Below are positions 51,330 to 63,514 of a stretch of DNA of 64,000 nt, in pieces. The stretch covers positions 5,747,379 through 5,811,378 of the forward strand of contig NC_069007.1 of assembly GCF_001194135.2 (NCBI RefSeq). Reading direction: 5' to 3'. This DNA comes from Octopus bimaculoides. Taxonomy: Eukaryota. The notes under the pieces are model-generated. The model ran no database searches. It was not told the DNA's origin and saw only the letters and a program-made list of their open reading frames with translations. Position 1 is the first letter of the stretch. Each line of letters opens with the position of its first letter. Position numbers and translations under genes: made by a program.

Positions 51330-51450
51330 TCACAGCATGTATGTGCCTTTTTAACCTCACTTTTATTGCTATTCTTATTTTAGTGTCCTTTGTCTTAAAT
51401 CTTTCATTACACACCCTGTGACCTCTTCATTGACTCTCCCTGCCACATCT
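51330..51450 (-). mobile_element. Third, decayed fold-back/hammerhead family fragment
   Basis: Minus: GAGTCA ATGAAGA GGTCACA GGG TGTGTAAT GAAA GATT TA AGAC AAAGGACACTAAAATAA; downstream flank identical to the 42.0-kb copy. Confidence 0.55.
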
Positions 51451-51841
51451 CTCCTCCTGTTCCCTTTAATTCATTCTGTCTTTCTTTTTCAGGTTTCTCT
51501 GTCAACTCAAAAATAATATTTATTTTTTATTTATTCACATTAATGATTAAAATTAATCATGGATTATCCCATAGCTTTGAGATTTCAATGACATGGTTGC
51601 TTATTTTTAGAATGATATTGTAGGGCAAGTGTGAGAGGCCAGATCTGACTGATGATTTTATTCAGCACATTCCCTTCTCGGATTCACACACTTATTGCAG
51701 CAGTCCTTCAGTTTTCCTAAGAAGTCAGAAGTTTGGTCCTCCAACCAGGTCTTTTGCAATGCCCTTAAAGCCAAGAACTTTTCAGCACCCCTCACCCTCA
51801 CAAACTACACAGCCCTACAACCTATCTTTACAACAATACCT

Positions 51842-52071
51842 ATTTCTTTACTGCCCACAAGGGGCTACACAGAGAGGGGACAAACAAGGACAGACAAAGG
51901 GATTAAGTCGATTACATCGACCCCAGTGCGTAACTGGTGCTTAATTTATCGACCCCGAAAGGATGAAAGGCAAAGTCGACCTCAGCGGAATTTGAACTCA
52001 GAACGTAACGGCAAACGAAATACTGGTAAGCATTTCGCTCGGCGTGCTAACGCTTCTGCCAGCTCACCGCC
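51842..52071 (-). mobile_element. Family C long-tail SINE, full-length with 14-bp TSD
   Basis: TTACAACAATACCT at 51828-51841 and 52072-52085. Confidence 0.92.
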
Positions 52072-53516
52072 TTACAACAATACCTCCACCCCACGACCCA
52101 TGATCACCACTCACTCCAGGACCCTTCAATCTCCAAATTCTACTCCCAGCCACTCTATTTTCTCTGACCATAACTTGCTATTGGCGTCTTCCCCAACACT
52201 AAATATCTCCTCTAACATTCTTATGGAATAACCACCTCTATCACCTTTGCACTGTTTATACTCACACCCTGTTCCCCTGCAGCTAGACCCCTATACATCT
52301 CCAACACCATCTATTTTTCTCTCTCTCACCCAGACCATCTTTCTATCTTTCCTACTGTCTCTCCATTCCTCTCCTTCCATGTTCTTCTGGGGTAGCCAAG
52401 TATCTTCTCTAGAGTAGGACAACTACCTTCGTCCCTTTGCTTCACTCTAACTACCATGTAAAATGCTCCCAGTACGCTCTGTAAAATGGTTGGCATTAGG
52501 AAAGGCATCCAGGTGTAGAAACCGTACTTAAAAAGGCAGATACTTCTACAAGAGTTGATGCAGCTCTGCAGCTGGCCAAACAATTCCACCCATACCAGCA
52601 TGGAAACAGCTGTTAAGTCATGATGATGACGATGTTCTATGCAGTGGTTTGTGTCAATAAGTAAATCTTATAGGGCCCAGTATATTTATTTGCTTGGGGA
52701 CTTATGAAGTTGCTTAGATTGCCTTGCAGGGTGGCATATGCCTTCAATACACAACTAATGATGTGAAATCGAAATAGATTTGAGTTGCAGTAAAATTTTC
52801 TTTAATTTATGGAGAACTGTGTTTATCAATTTCTCCATTCTCTGCAGCAAGGAATCTAAGAAGTCTTCCAAAAGAGATACAAGATACAGAAGGTGTGTGG
52901 TGGCGGTGGTGGCGACGGTAGTGGTGATGGTATGGGAAGTGGGGGAGAAAGAAATGGTTATTTTTTTTTTCTTAGAGTTTTTTACTGATTTGAAATATAT
53001 CATGTTGTATGCAAATATATTTTATGGAATTGTGGCATTATCTCATTCTTCTTTAACATGTTCTGTGGCAGCAGTAGCAGCAGTAGCAGCAACAACAACA
53101 ACAACAAAATCAGCAGCAATGAAAACAAGACGGCAGCCAAAACAACGACCGAAAGAGCAACAACATAAATAAGAACGGCAAAAGCGAAAAAACACCGAGA
53201 GTGACAACAAAAACGAGAACAGCAAAAGCAAAAACAACAAGAGCAAGAACAAGAAGAAGAACAACAAAGGTGAAAACAACAGTAAGAACTACATCAGACA
53301 CAACAATAGTACAAACAACAACAACAACAGGTAAAATATCAAGAGAAAATGTAGCAAAAAAGAATAAATCAAGAATGCTAACAACAATTATGTAGCTACA
53401 ACAACAACAATAATAAGGACAATAAAAACAATAAGACAAGATTAAGATCAACAGAAAAACAAGAAAGAAAAATCAAAAATGAAAACATAAAAAACAACAA
53501 TAGCAACCACAGAGTA

Positions 53517-54500
53517 GAGGTGAATGGCTTAGTGGTGAAACTGTGGGACTCATGATTGTAAGATTGTGGTTTCGATTCCTGCCTGGATGATGTGTTTTTG
53601 TTCTTGAGCAAAAATACTTGGTTTCATGTTGTTCCAGTCCACTCAGTTGCTAAAAAATGAGTCATCCAGTGAAGGACTGGCGTTCCATCCAGGAAGGAAG
53701 GAATATACACAAGAGAAACCAGGGAAATCGATCCTATGCAACTTACTGAGAAATGTAGACTTGCTGATGTATGTATGTATGTACGTATGTATACATGTAT
53801 GCACGTATGTATGTATGCGTGCATGTATGCATGTAGGCATGTGTGCATGTATATATATGTTCAGATTTGTATGTTTTGCTTTATCTATATATTCTCATGT
53901 GGAGGTGCAATGGCCCAGTGGTTAGGGCAATGGACTCGTGGTCATAGGATCGCGGTTTCAATTAAAAAACATATATAAAATCAAATTGCCCATAAAAAGC
54001 ATTTGCTGTCCACGGACCCCCTGTCTTGTCCTTGCGGACCCCCTGTGGTCCGTGGACCACAGTTTGAAAAGCCCTGCCATGGTAGACTACTTTGATGATC
54101 AATGTCACTATCATCTCTGAGCTACGTATGTATGTGTGTGTGTGTATGTTTGTGTGTGTGTGTGAATATGTATGGGGAGGCACATGGTTTAATGGTTAGG
54201 GTATTGGAGTAATGATTGTAAGATTGTGGTTTCGATTCCTCGAGCAGGTGATGCATTGTTCTTGAGTAAAAGCTCTTCATATTCATGTTACTCCAATCCC
54301 CTCAGCTGCTAAAAACGAGTAATCCTGTGGCTGACCGATGTCCTGTCCAGAGAAGAAAGAATATATGCCAGGGAACCCAAGAAATCACCCTCACGCTCCT
54401 TATGGAGTCATGTCGACTTCCCCATGTATGCATGTATGTATGTATGCATGTATGTATGTATGTATGTATGTGGAGGTGCACGGCTTAGTGGTTAGTGTGT
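53517..54500 (+). mobile_element. Train of CORE-like family F SINEs and orphan tRNA heads with (TATG)n tails
   Basis: Heads at 53517, 53901, 54176 and 54472; F bodies end in (TATG)n. Confidence 0.7.
53958..54076 (+). mobile_element. Right half of the hAT MITE, fused to a SINE B head
   Basis: Matches 20760-20848 and ends in TIR GACCACAGTTTGAAAAGCCCTG. Confidence 0.8.
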
Positions 54501-54505
54501 AGGGT

Positions 54506-54890
54506 GGAGATGCAATGGCCCAGTGGTTAGGGCAGCGGGCTCGCAGTCATAGGATCGCGGTTTCGATTCCCAGGCCAGGCGTTGTGAGGGTTTATTGAGC
54601 GAAAACACCTAAAGCTCCAAGAGGCTCCGGCAGGGGATGGTGGCGAACCCTGCTGTACTCTTCCACCACAGCTTTCTCTCACTCTTACTTCCTGTTTCTG
54701 TTGTGCCTGTAATTCAAAGGGTCAGCCTTGTCACACTGTGTCATGCTGAATATCCCCGAGAACTACGTTAAGGGTACACGTGTCTGTGGAGTGCTCAGCC
54801 ACTGGCACGTTAATTTCACGAGCAGGCTGTTCCGTTGATTGGATCAACTGGAACCCTCGACGTCGGAAGTGACGGAGTGCCAACAACAAC
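54506..54890 (+). mobile_element. SINE family B, full-length
   Basis: Head to ...GACGGAGTGCCAACAACAAC tail. Confidence 0.92.
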
Positions 54891-56334
54891 CTATCAGGGT
54901 GAACATTAGTCTTTAGCCTAATGTGGGATAGATGGGGGCAGCCATGGACCGGTAGAGCATCAGTCGGAATGCTTTATAGTAGACTTGCTGTTGCTGTTGT
55001 TATTCATGTTGTTGTTGATGATGTTTAGCCTTAGATCAACCCTGATCGACCAGACATCTGACCAGCAACACCCCAGACATAATCACTTCGCCTTTGTCAT
55101 AGTCTAACTAGTACTACATTATCTAATGTGTCCTCTTTCTTAAGACAACAGTGATATCAATTCAAGAGAGATTTAACTGGTATCTTGAACAAGTCAACCA
55201 ACCAACCAAACACATAAATGCTTCTCTTATCTTTTACCAATTTGAAATATATCAAGTTCTAAGAAATACGTCTTGTAAAGCATTGCCTTATCTGCTTCTC
55301 CTTGTGTTTTTCCACAACAAAAAACATCGTCACCGCCACCAACACCAACAACAATAACAACAAGAATGGAAGTTCTTCAGTCATTTTCTGTTAGTAACTT
55401 GAACCCATGCCAAAATGTGTGGTTCTAGAATTTTGGTATTTTGATCTTTTTGCAAAAATTCGTCCTTTCATATGTGCCTGTGGTAAGAAGCTTGCTTCCC
55501 AGTCACATGGCTTCAGGTTCACTCCCACTGTTTGGCACCTTGGGTAAATATCTTTTATGACAGCCCCCAGACTTGAGAGTCGATTTGTTAGCTGGAAATA
55601 GAAAGAAGCCATTTATCTATCTATCTATCTATCTATCTATTTATCTATCNNNNNNNNNNNNNNNNNNNNNNNNNNNNNNNNNNNNNNNNNNNNNNNNNNN
55701 NNNNNNNNNNNNNNNNNNNNNNNNNNNNNNNNNNNNNNNNNNNNNNNNNNNNNNNNNNNNNNNNNNNNNNNNNNNNNNNNNNNNNNNNNNNNNNNNNNNN
55801 NNNNNNNNNNNNNNNNNNNNNNNNNNNNNNNNNNNNNNNNNNNNNNNNNNNNNNNNNNNNNNNNNNNNNNNNNNNNNNNNNNNNNNNNNNNNNNNNNNNN
55901 NNNNNNNNNNNNNNNNNNNNNNNNNNNNNNNNNNNNNNNNNNNNNNNNNNNNNNNNNNNNNNNNNNNNNNNNNNNNNNNNNNNNNNNNNNNNNNNNNNNN
56001 NNNNNNNNNNNNNNNNNNNNNNNNNNNNNNNNNNNNNNNNNNNNNNNNNNNNNNNNNNNNNNNNNNNNNNNNNNNNNNNNNNNNNNNNNNNNNNNNNNNN
56101 NNNNNNNNNNNATATATATATATATATATATAGTTTTAGGGAAAAGAACCAAGGTTTATGAACTCATCGATGAAAATCCACTGTCACATATTTGACTCTG
56201 TGAAACTTAATTTAATTTTAATTTTTTATAAATTGATTTTAATTGATTTTTACCTGTAATTTTGGATTATGTCCCTAATATTATTAGTATATATATACAT
56301 ATATATACATACACACACCTATCTATATAGGCAC

Positions 56335-57219
56335 TGGCATGACTGTGTGGTAAGAAGTTTGCCTTCTCAACCACATCATTCGAGGTTCAGTCCTACTGCA
56401 TGGCACTTTGGATCAGTGTCTTCTACTATAGCCTTGGGTTCACCAAAACATTATGAGTGGAGCTGGTAGATGCAAACTAAAAGAAGTTTGTTGTGTGTGT
56501 GTGTGTGTGTGTGCATGTGCATGTGTGTATGTGCATGCGTTTGTATGTCTTTGTGTCTGTGCTTGTCCCCCACCACCACTCGATAACCAGTCTTGGTGTG
56601 TTTACATCCCCGTAACTTAGCAGTTCAGTAAAAGAGATCAATAGAATAAGTACCAAACTTAGCAAAAAAATTAAGTAATGGGGTCAATTCATTTGACTTT
56701 AAATTCTTCAAGATGCTGCCCCAGCATGGCCACAGTTTAATAACTGAAACAATGAAAAGATAAATGATATATATATATATATATATATAGGCGTAGGAGT
56801 GGCTGTGTGGTAAAGTAGCTTGCTTAGCAACCACATGGTTCTGGGTTCAGTTTCACTGCGTGGCACCTTGGGCAAGTGTCTTCTGCTATAGCCTTGGGCT
56901 GACCAAAGCCTTGTGAGTGGATTTGGTAGACGGAAACTGAAAAAAGCCTGTCGTACATATGTATATATATAGGTGTGTGTGGTGTGTGTGTGGTGTGTGT
57001 GTATGTTTGTGTGTCTGTGTTTGTCCCCCCAACATCGCTTGACAACCGATGCTGGTGTGTTTACGTCCCCGTAACTTAGCAGTTCGGCAAAAGAGTGTGA
57101 TAGAATAAGTACTAGGCTCACAAAGAATAAGTCCTGGGGTCGATTTGCTCGACAAAAGGCGGTGCTCCAGCATGGCCACAGTCAAATGACTGAAACAAGT
57201 AAAAGAGTAAAAGAGAGTA
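56335..57219 (+). mobile_element. Two tandem family A copies (56335-56760 old, 56790-57219 young)
   Basis: Consensus head and tail motifs. Confidence 0.88.
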
Positions 57220-57319
57220 TATATATATATATATATATATAAAGGAAAAGGTCACAAATGAAGTTTAAAATGTATGGCAGTTGTTTTGGTAGAATCCTAT
57301 TAATGTATTCTTAGATTAT

Positions 57320-57826
57320 ATCATAACATATGAGCCACCATCTTCAGGTAAAATTTGAAACAAGTATCAAACAAGTGAGATAATTCCTTGACTACGATGA
57401 ACCCAACCAACATTGTAGGATAAGTGACATTTTGAAAATAACATTCAACTTTATAGAGAAATTAGGAGTGGTTTTAACAGGTATCTGAGAAGTGTAGAGA
57501 TTAAATGAATATATTATTTATCAAAATTAGTTTATAGCTGATACTGGTTATAGGAAATTACAAGAATCATAGACATGCTGTAGCCATGGTTGTCCTTAAG
57601 GCTCTCATGACCAGTATCAGCTATAAACTAATTTAGATAAATAATATATTCGTTTGATCTCTTTACTTCTCGCATGCCTCTTAAACTCACTCGTTCTAAA
57701 GTCTCCGTAAATTCGAATATTATTGTCAAAATACCACTTATCCAACAATGTCGGTTGGATTTTTCATGGACAAGGTATTATCTTACTTGTTTAAAATTTC
57801 ATCTGAAGATGGTGGCGTTATGATGT
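57320..57826. repeat. ~500-bp inverted repeat (arms ~230 bp, loop 55 nt)
   Basis: Inner arms 57507-57551 and 57607-57651 match at 43/45; outer arms are alignable out to GCCACCATCTTCAG / CTGAAGATGGTGGC. Confidence 0.85.
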
Positions 57827-58802
57827 TGGTATACACGTCTGGTGTAAAATGGTATTATGCAAATAAATAGTTGGTTGTGGTTATCTAAAAATAACCTTTT
57901 GCAGAAATATATGTTAACACAGAACTCACTCTGTTCTACTCAAACATAAGTACGATGCTCCTTATATTTTATTTACAAATATTTGGAAACGGGAATGGAT
58001 TCAATGCTGAACTGTTCTGATTATACACATATGGGGAGATGAACTAGGCAGAGAACCCCTTTGAATCGGATTTATAAGTGTAAACATTCGTATATGCTCC
58101 ACTAGATGCGGACATTAAATGATGATGATGATGATGATATCTGTGTGTTAGTAATACCTTAACTTTTACAGCCTTTCTCAGAATCTAATAAGTTGCATTG
58201 GATTGCTTTGAGATCAACTGTTACTGGAACGAATTGCTTTTACATCTGAGGAAGAGCATCCTGCATTAGAGCTCTGCCTGCAATGAATTACATTGGATTC
58301 ATGTAATCATGGAAAAGTGAATGTTAAAACAAAGATTACAAAGATGATGATAGTCACACAATCACACACGCACACACACGGACATATACACGCACGCATA
58401 TGCACAAATGTTCTCTGCAATGTGTATTTACAATCCACAGGAGCTGCACCAGTCTTTTGTTCGTACGTAAAGTGTTAGCTCCACGTTCCGCCATTCTGGA
58501 TTGATGTTATATTTAAATTCTAATGGTTCCAGATTTTCCCTCATAGTGTTAACCTCATGTCCAGCTGTCGTGGAATATTGCCAAATTCTAACATTCACCG
58601 AGGTCAGATTTACCGTTAATTGTTGAAATATGTTGGCTGGACTGCAACCAATACTGTTTCCGACATTGATGTAGTTGTTGTTGTTCTTCTTGTTGTTATT
58701 GTTTTTGTTGTGTTGTTGTTGTTTCTGTATTCGTTTGGACTTGTAACATTACTATGGCTATTATTACTAATGTTATTGTTATTATTATTGTTAATTGTGT
58801 TA

Positions 58803-59046
58803 AGGTGGCAAAATGACAGAGTTGTTACCGCTCCGGGGAAAAATGCTTAGTGGCGTTTCTTCCAACTTTACATTGTGAGTTCAAATTCTGCTGAGGTCAA
58901 CTTTGCCTTTCACCCTTTCAGAGTTGATAAAATAAAGTACCAGCTGAGTGCTGGGGGTTAATGTAATTGACTTACCCCTCCCCAAACTTGCTGGCCTTAT
59001 GCAAAAATTTGAAATCATTATTATTATTATTATCATAATTATTGTA

Positions 59047-59081
<35 letters not shown>

Positions 59082-59259
59082 CATAAAGGCGTAGGAGTGG
59101 CTGTGTGGTAAGTAACTTGCCTACGAACCACATGGTCCCGGGTTCAGTCCCACAGCGTGGCACCTTGGGCAAGTGTCTTCTACTGTAGCCTCGGGCCGAC
59201 CAAAGCCTTGTGAGTGGATTTGGTAGACGGAAACTGAAAGAAGCCAGTCGTATATGGAA

Positions 59260-59293
<34 letters not shown>

Positions 59294-59494
59294 CTGTGTT
59301 TGTCCCCCCAACATCGCTTGACAACCGATGGTGGTGTGTTTATGTCACTGTAACTTAGCAGTTCGGCAAAAGACACTGATAGAATACGTACTAGGCTTAC
59401 AAAGAATAAGTCCTGGGGTCGATTTGCTCGACTAAAGGCGGTGCTCCAGCATGGCCACAGTCAAATGACTGAAACAAGTAAAAGAGTAAAGAGT
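58803..59494 (+). mobile_element. Family C copy with (ATT)n tail followed by young family A copy (59088-59494)
   Basis: Consensus motifs. Confidence 0.88.
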
Positions 59495-60570
59495 AATTGT
59501 TCGCAAGAATATAATTCCGTGAATTGTGAAAGAATTGAGATCAGTGACTACTCAAACAATGAAGCTCGAATAATAATAGACAGGATTTTGGATCTATTAA
59601 ATACAGAAAGGGAAGAATTTATGTGCAACTTTAAGAAGGCTAACCAATGGAGACTAAATCAAGAGATGAATGAAGTCAATCTTGTATTGAGACACATTGA
59701 AACAAAGAACATCACACAAACAAATAATCTTATCAAGGCTGCAAGTAGGATTGTGGCAGAAAGGATGGAATTGAGAATTACTGAGAACAGGACAGCGACG
59801 GAGAGAAGAGGAAATAAACAACCGTGGTGGAAAAGGAGAATTTCTGAAGATATAAACTCCTTGAATAGTGTAGTGCCAATATTTGTCAGGAAAAGAAATA
59901 GAGAGCTTAAGAATGAATGGAAATTTGAAAAAGTTAGAAAGAAGTATGGTGCAGATACAAAAGGCCTAAATGTTGTAATTGAAGAACTGAAGCAGTGCAT
60001 CCGTACAAAAAAAAAAAAAAACTAACAAGATTTGAACAACAGATNNNNNNNNNNCAAATTGTTTAGAATTGGCCAACAAAGATTTTATCAAGATATTAAT
60101 GATGATAAAAAAAGTGAAAGATTAATCATTGATGCTGATGAAAGTCAACTGTTTTGGAGTAAGATATGGAGTAAGCAAGAACAACATAATACCACAGCTG
60201 AATGGCTCTACAGCCTGAGGCAAACAGCTTCTTATCCCCAGCAAGAGGCTATCCACTTCACAGAAGACAGTGTCAGAAAAATGAGTAAAAAGATAAGCAA
60301 TTGGAAAGTAGCAGGACCTGATGGTGTACATGAATTTGGGATTATAAAGTTGAGTAGTTGCCATAAATTGATCAATGGAGAAGAAGAAATCCTGGGTTGG
60401 TTGACAAGGAGGAATGGTGTTGTGCCGAAAAGATACATCAAAGGGAAATGTTGCTGACAATTACAGAACAATTTCTTGCCTCCCATTAATGTGGAAGTTA
60501 CTTTCAGGAGGAATTGCAGAAGAACTGTACAAATATCTTAAAGAGAACAATATATTACCAACAGAAAGGC
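59495..60570 (+). pseudogene. R4/Dong-clade non-LTR retrotransposon fragment (pre-RT region and RT start)
   Basis: ITQTNNLIKAAS...PWWKRRI...FWSKIWS...HNTTAEWL...KKISNWKVAGPDGVH...[42 protein letters not shown]; frameshifts and a small gap. Confidence 0.85.
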
Positions 60571-60631
60571 AGTGAGTTGGCATAGGTACGTATAAAAACA
60601 AATTAGCATATTAATATTATTGATAATGATA

Positions 60632-61105
60632 ATCCTTTCTTCTACAGGCACAAGGCCTGAATTTTGTGGGAAGGAGGATACTTGATCACATCGACCCCAG
60701 TACTCCACAGGTACTTAATTTATCGACCCCGAAAGAATGAAAGGCAAAGTTGACCTAGGCAGAATTTGAACTCAGAATGTTGGGGCAGACAAATTACTGC
60801 AAAGCATTTCACCTGGTGTGCTAACGATTATGCCAGCTCACTGCCTTAATAATAATAATGATAATAACAGTAATGATAATAATAATAATAATCCTTTCTA
60901 CAAAAGGCACAAAGCTTGAAATTTTGGGAGAGGGGACTAATCAAATACACCAACCCCAGTGTTTCACTGGTACTTAATTTATCGACCCTAAAAAGATGAA
61001 AGGTAAAGTCCACCACAGCGGAATTTGAACTCTGAATGTAGCCACAAACAAAATGCCGCTAAGCATTTTGCCAGGCATACTAATGATTCTGCTAACTTGC
61101 TGCCT
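60632..61105 (-). mobile_element. Two family C short-tail copies with (AAT)n tails
   Basis: Reverse-complement family C motifs. Confidence 0.8.
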
Positions 61106-61491
61106 TTATATCAATAATAACAATAATAACAACAACAACAATAATTTCTTTCAGTATATTTTATATTGATATATATTAATATAATCCAGAATTTATTGTG
61201 ATGTAGTTTAATAATATATAACCTAAAAATATAATATAGCATTATTATATTGTCATGTTTTTAATATTTAAAAGGAAAGGAATGCAAGGTAATGAATTGT
61301 TTTACACTCATATGAAGAGATTTAGATAGAAATATATGCATAGTAATATAAATATATATATGCGTGTGTGCATGTGTATATGTGTATATATTTGTGTGGT
61401 GCGTGTGTGTATGTATATGTGTGTTTATGTACATATATATGTCTATATATCTAGAAATATATGTCACTAAACATACATACATAAATACATG

Positions 61492-61545
<54 letters not shown>

Positions 61546-61579
61546 CACCCATATAAATGTATAAATATATATTTATATT

Positions 61580-62828
61580 TGTCAGGTCATTAAGAATGAA
61601 ATGCCCAATTTTCTTATGCATTAAGTTTGATAGTCATTAATTCTAATGTTTTATCCTGACAGTTCTTTCTTTTACAACATTGAAGAGTTACATCATCACT
61701 TTTCGAAATGCAATTCATGTTGTCAGATTATATTGTGAGTTTTCTCTTGTAAATCCAGTTTTTTTAACCCAAGGATAGATCAAAAATTCATATTGTTTAT
61801 GAATGTGAATTCCATCATGGAACCACTGTATCCCAAACAGCTCGAAACATCAATGAGGTGTTTGGGGAAGATGTGGCGAATGAGTGCACTGTGCATCGAT
61901 GGTTTGAAAAGTTCCACTCTGGTGACTTTACTCTTGAAAATCAGCCCCATTGTAGACCTGCAACCAAGGTGGATAATGATGAGGTGGAAACTGTAGTGGA
62001 AGCAAATACATCTCAAGCTATGCGTGAGTTAGCAGCAAGGTTTGATGTTTCGAGTCCAAGTGTATTGGACCATCTGAAACAAATCAACAAGGTAAAGAAG
62101 CTGGATAAAAGGGTACCACACGAACTGAACAAGCATCAAATGACATGCCATCTTGAAACTTGCTCTTTGCTATCATGGCCATTTTTGCATTGTATTGTTA
62201 CGTGTAATGAAAAATGGATTCTTTCCAATTATAGCAAACATTCTGCACAGTGGTTGGATAGAGGCAAAGTGCCAAAACACAATCCAAAACAGAATATTTA
62301 CCAAAAAGAGCTAATGGTGTCATCCACTACAACTTCATGTGATCTGGTAGGTCAATTACAACGGATGTATACATAAACTAATTGGAAGAAATAATGAGTG
62401 AACTTTCAATTAAACAACTGAGATTGTTCAATTGAGACAGGCCAATTCTCTTGCAAAACAATGCTCAACCACATGTTGCACAAAGAACGCTACTCAAATT
62501 ACAGGAACTGTACTTGGAAGTACTCTGTCATCCACCATATTCACCAGACCTTGCACCAACTGACTGTCACATTTTCCAGGCATTAGACAACTTTTTGTAG
62601 GTGAAAAACTTCAAATCTGAAGAAGATGCAAAAACAATCTTTCATGATTTCATCACCTCTTACTCTCCAGAATTCTTCACTGCTGCCATAAATAAGCTAC
62701 CGATAAAATGGCAAAATTGTGTTGATAATTTAGGTGCATACTTTGATTAACTGCATTGTTTTTTGTTGAGATAAAGAAAAAGAAAATTTCAGTTCAAAAT
62801 CAGACATTTCATTCTTAATGACCTGATA
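61580..62828 (+). mobile_element. Full-length decayed mariner transposon (~1.25 kb)
   Basis: Left TGTCAGGTCATTAAGAATGAAATG (61580-61603) versus right CATTTCATTCTTAATGACCTGATA (62805-62828): 23/24 inverted match. Confidence 0.92.
61771..62750 (+). pseudogene. Mariner D,D34D transposase pseudogene
   Basis: KDRSKIHIVYECEFHHG...RWFEKFHSGDFTLENQPH...WVPHEL-like RVPHEL...IVTCNEKWI...PILLQNNAQPH...HPPYSPDLAPTD...WQNCVDNLGAYFD*. Start codon lost; frameshift near 62317; internal stops. Confidence 0.92.
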
Positions 62829-63184
62829 TATATATATGTGTGTGTGGTGTGTATGCTTTTATTTCGTGGTTTGAATTATTGGAGTAGGTGGTGCATTGTG
62901 TTCTCACATTGTTCTGCGATCACTTAAACACTTAACGTGTGATACACCATACACCTGTTCAAGCAACATCGATTAAACGGAGAAACAAGTCATCTTTGCA
63001 GGTTATTTAGTAAAAAAGTCTATAACCAACTCTCTCGGACTATAAGAGACTAGCATCATATGTGTATGTATGTGCTTCTCTTTTTCTTTTTTTTTAATTA
63101 TTTGAATTCTTCGTCTGAGGAAGAAGCTGGTTTCTAACTCTCTTACAAAGCTCCATAGATGGAATGTTGATAAGAAAAATGAAT

Positions 63185-63514
63185 TCACATTTTAAATTTG
63201 AGAAAAGTCTTGCAAATGTTTACTGTTCCACTTACAGATTGTATAAGTAATGTGCAAGTTCTCTGGCTGGTTTGTTTTCCTGAATACTTTAGTTTTTCTT
63301 GATTGTCACTAAGATATTTACTCAGAAAACCAAGTGCACCAGTTATTACTGGTATAAACGTGAAATTAATAATCAAGATATAGAAGCTGAAAGTTTCAAA
63401 GCAGTTGTCCATAGTCAACTTCTTTTTTGTTGATTTTTGAAGAAATATTCACATCAAAAGGGCAGCTGACCTCTATGATGGTACATACTTTTTCTTGTGT
63501 TTCCCATATAACAA
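63185..63514 (-). pseudogene. R4/Dong-clade restriction-like endonuclease domain and C-terminus
   Basis: IVIWETQEKVCTIIEVSCPFDVNISSKINKKEVDYGQLL* ... FTFIPVITGALGFLSKYL...QSVSGTVNICKTFLKFKM*, the typical RLE PD..E.S/K region and IPVxxGALG motif. Confidence 0.75.

Noticed and set aside
2391-56152. Long ORFs containing X runs (e.g. 5789-6988, 7248-8741, 13392-14663, 35892-36879)
   Set aside because: They are open only because they cross N-gaps and stop-free microsatellites.
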